Shown here: piece after piece, positions 60,601 to 64,000 of the stretch
Position numbering within the stretch: position 1 is the stretch's first letter
Layout of the letters: the number at the start of each line of letters is the position of its first letter
Source of the DNA: Podarcis filfolensis
Taxonomy: Eukaryota
Assembly (NCBI GenBank): GCA_964270895.1
Contig: OZ185443.1
Length of the DNA stretch: 64,000 nt
Strand: one strand, 5' to 3'
Program-made: the position numbers and the translations under genes
The notes under the pieces: generated by a model
Seen by the model: the letters and a program-made list of their open reading frames with translations, nothing else
Told to the model about the DNA's origin: nothing
The model's database searches: none

Positions 60601-62541
60601 CTTAACTCTGCAAGGTTGCTTGGAAACCCTCCTTTTCCAGGCAGTTCCCCCTGCCTCTCAACTCGCACTAGCTTAATGTTTAAAGCTTCTGAGAACAGAG
60701 GTCTATGTGTGGTTGTTCTGTTGTGACCCTTGTGGTAGTGAACCAGTGACCTCTTAAACACAGACGTGAAGTTGCCCATTGTCGTTTGCATGTCTGTCTA
60801 GTTAAAACAAACACCATACCAGCTGCTAAACAATTGTAGTCGACGCCTTTTAAAGTCGTTTGCATGATTACTTCAGAAAGGGAAAATATCGCAATGATTT
60901 AAGAACAGAAATTATAAGTTGATTATTTGAAATGGATCTAAACACCCTGACATTTTGAAAGGTTGCAATGCAGAATCCACAGTCCGCCACCTTAATTCTT
61001 CCTTTGATTAATGCTTATAGTGAACCGGTTTTGAAAAGAAAGCCAGAAGGATGAAAGCAACAAAGTGAGCATGAGTGTGGCTGGGTTTTTGGTTTTGTTT
61101 GTTTTTTTAAAAAGATATTTGCTCTCATCTCTAGATGGATGGTTTACATTCCTTTATCCTAAAAAAAAATTTTTTTCTTTCCAGTAGCACCTTAAAGACC
61201 AACTAAGTTAGTTCTTGGTATGAGCTTTCGTGTGCATGCACACTTCGTCAGATACGAAGACCAACACGGCTACCTATCTATTCCTTTATCCTGTTCGTTT
61301 CCCCAAAATGTAACTTCATTCCAGAATGCATCCAGTTTTATCAGGCAATATGTGGATTTTTCCTTTCATCCTGAGCCCTTTTAGCAACAATGCTGAGTGA
61401 AATAATTTGAACCTTTCTGACTGGCATTATAAACAAATGTCTAGCTAGGTGTTTTTCATCCATGTGCCCTAAGCATTTGAAATTAGAAAGAGTATCCAAC
61501 ATGATTTTAGATATTTACCATACTGCAATATTGCCTACTGCACCATAGCTAAGTTTTCTCAAATCATCAGACCCTTTAATCTGGTACTTCCATTTTCATT
61601 CATTTCAAAACCATTAGTATTTCATTATACTTAATTATTAGTGGTTGCTTAAGAAAAATGCTGATAGTTTTATGCTGACAGTCCTCAAAGTTTCCAAAAG
61701 CAGAAGTAACACAATGCTGAAGACTTTGATGTTTTGACTTGCCATATTAGTTTTTCTGTGAACTCGGTGAGTTGTCAACATATGTACTTCAGGCAGGTTG
61801 TGGTAATTGTGCCTCTTCTATCTGCTGTGCTACATTCTACTTTGAGTTCAATATATCCAGTTAACTGATTCTTTTAGTACTTCTGCTTTGAAGTGTTTAC
61901 ATTCATCAGTGGGCAACCGCCACTAACCTGTATGCATATCATATATTGTATAACAAACATATTGTATAAACAATAGCCCCAAAGCTGCTTTTCCTAGGCA
62001 CAAGCAGTTTGGAGCGGAGAAGTGGAAGGTAGGTAAAGAGTTAAGCCCTCCTACCTACCATTTCTACTCTGTTCCAAATTGCCTCCTCCTAGGCTTTTGT
62101 CTTAGAAAAGCAGCTGTCAGGCTTTTGTACACTAACACATGATAATATGTATCAGGGCTCTTGCCCTTTTGAGAATCGAACGTTCCAGCGTGGTGGACAG
62201 GAGCAGCAGCAAATGTAAGGAATTTCCCAATCTTCCCAGTTACGAAATTGCACTGTTAGGAAATACCATCATCGTTTGCCACTGAATTTTTGACATGAGT
62301 CTTGACCCAAAGGGCTAAGTGGTCACATGTGGCAGGACTTAACTGTATCTCAGCCCTCCCTGTTTCCAAACATGCCAGACTCTTAAATCTGAAATACATA
62401 AATGATTCAAACAGCAAAACATTCTGCACTTGCAGTTCCTTGCACACCTAGTATTTCTGTAGTTGATAGAATTTGAAAGTTTGTTTTGCATGCAAGGCCC
62501 ATAGTGCAAGACCTGTGCTGCTTCACTTTCCCTCCCTTATG

Positions 62542-62767
62542 CAGTGGTACCTCGGGTTACATACGCTTCAGGTTACAGACTCCACTAACCCAGAAATAGT
62601 ACCTCGGGTTAAGCACTTTGCTTCAGGATGAGAACAGAAATCGTGCTCCGGCGGCGCGGCAGCAGTGGGAGGCCCCATTAGCTAAAGTGGTGCTTCAGGT
62701 TAAGAACAGTTTCAGGTTAAGTACGGACCTCCGGAACGAATTAAGTACTTAACCCGAGGTACCACTG
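62542..62767. mobile_element. Tc1/mariner-type MITE (CAGTGGTACCTC family)
   Basis: TIRs intact, with flanks TG/TA. Confidence 0.9.
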
Positions 62768-63079
62768 TAGTTGCTTTCAGCCGCTTGTCTTTTGTCTCTA
62801 TCTGCTTTAAGTTTATTTGAGTTATAACCACTTTTTTAAAAAAAATATTGTCTTTATTTATTTTCATAAATTTTCAGAAAATTACCTTTTATCCCTCTCC
62901 TCTAAGTCTTCTGTGCTTTTTTTTTTTTTTTGCATGTTTGTATCTTATGCTGGTCTGTGACTGTAATAAAGTTTGATAATAATGATGTTGTACATGAAGC
63001 CAAACAGAACACACACAAACACCACCCGCATCACCAGAAAAATATGGAAATGAGACATTTTTACCACTATACAGTGGTA

Positions 63080-63447
63080 AGGTAAAGGTAAAGGTACCCC
63101 TGCCTGTACGGGCCAGTCGTGTCCGACTCTAGGGTTGTGTGCTCATCCCGCTCTAGAGGCCGTGAGCCGGCACCGTCCGAAGACACTTCCGGGTCACGTG
63201 GCCAGCGTGACGAAGCTGCAGCTGGCGAGCCAGCACCAGCACAGCACACGGAAACGTTGTTTACCTTCCCGCTATAAAGCGGTACGTATTTATCTACTTG
63301 CACTTAAGAGTGCTTTCGAACTGCTAGGTGGGCAGGAGCTGGGACCGAACGACGGGAGCTCATCCCATCGCAGGGATTCGAACCGCCGACCATATGATCG
63401 ACAAGTCCTAGGCACTGAGGTTTTACCCACAGCGCCACCCGTGTCCC
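63080..63447 (-). mobile_element. Sauria SINE (same subfamily as 50758) inserted into a MITE terminus
   Basis: 12-bp TSD TATACAGTGGTA (63068-63079 and 63448-63459). Confidence 0.93.
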
Positions 63448-63451
63448 TATA

Positions 63452-63694
63452 CAGTGGTACCTCGGTTTAAGTACTTAATTCATTCTGGAGGTCCGTACTT
63501 AACCAGAAACTGTTCTTAACCTGATGCACCACTTTAGCTAATGGGGCCTCTTGCTGCTGCCATGCTGCCGGAGCACAATTTCTGTTCTCATCCTGAAGCA
63601 AAGTTCTTAACCCTGAAGCACTATTTCTGGGTTAGCAGAGTCTGTAACCTGAAGCATATGTAACCTGAAGCGTATGTAACCCGAGGTACCACTG
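63452..63694. mobile_element. Tc1/mariner-type MITE (CAGTGGTACCTC family)
   Basis: TIRs with TA TSD. The left terminus is duplicated by the adjacent SINE TSD. Confidence 0.9.
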
Positions 63695-64000
63695 TACCTT
63701 GAAACTTAGGATAGGGAATCTCCCTCAGGCAACATATAATCAAAACACTGAACATCTTAGAGGTATTTTCTGAGTCCTACATGTGGGGGGTGGGGCAGGG
63801 TGAGTGGATTCATAGAGAGCACTTTCTATCTCATTTTAGTACTCTCCCTAAATGGAAGCATCTCTATTTCCCATGATTGCTCTATTACTAAACTTACTTG
63901 CTCAGAAATTTCCATTGATTTTAAATAAGGTTTGCATCCAAGTAATTATCTTTAGGTCAGCAGCCTTAATTACATCTCTAATTTGGGAATCTATTTAGTT

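Larger units (their letters stand above)
21707..64000 (+). other. SLIT2: Large SLIT2 intron (intron 4), continues beyond the window
   Basis: No exon encoding the expected next LRR (DLSENQIQAIPRKAFRGA...) was found by eye or in the ORF track. This intron is known to be very large in other amniotes. Confidence 0.8.

Noticed and set aside
61983-62115. Imperfect long palindrome (AGCTGCTTTTC...GAAAAGCAGCT) as a pre-miRNA
   Set aside because: It has many mismatches and resembles a decayed palindromic MITE. There is no support for a functional RNA.
20393-63694. Regular recurrence of CAGTGGTACC repeats as a CRISPR-like array
   Set aside because: These are dispersed MITE TIRs with TA TSDs in a eukaryotic intron, with no repeat-spacer periodicity.
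21707-64000. miR-218 hairpin (known SLIT2 intronic miRNA)
   Set aside because: The mature sequence TTGTGCTTGATCTAACCATGT was not seen, and it is expected in a much more downstream intron.

Overview
AT-rich vertebrate genomic DNA. The repeat content (Sauria/Squam1 SINEs, BovB, CR1, L2, hAT and Tc1/mariner MITEs) points to a squamate, most likely a lacertid lizard (inference). The window lies inside SLIT2 on the + strand. Three 72-bp single-LRR coding exons are present (1728-1799, 2955-3026, 21635-21706; exons 2-4 by recalled vertebrate gene structure), followed by more than 42 kb of intron with no further exon found. The standout feature is a very young, antisense Ty3/Gypsy chromovirus (Tf1/sushi-type) insertion at 28139-31854, with identical 408-bp LTRs and a 5-bp TSD. 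It has an 11-nt self-priming site instead of a tRNA PBS, and a large internal deletion removes the gag C-terminus, protease and RT active site. It keeps an uninterrupted RNase H-integrase-chromodomain ORF that runs about 300 nt into the 3' LTR. The acidic integrase tail carries two tandem motifs resembling LEDGF-IBD/TND-interacting motifs (FxGF type), suggesting a possible undescribed integration-targeting mechanism. The remainder is a layered TE landscape: 10 Sauria SINEs in several subfamilies, many MITEs, several LINE fragments, a near-intact young L2 and a solo LTR. It also contains nested insertions and a double fold-back hairpin. Almost all other ORFs in the track are spurious or TE-derived.
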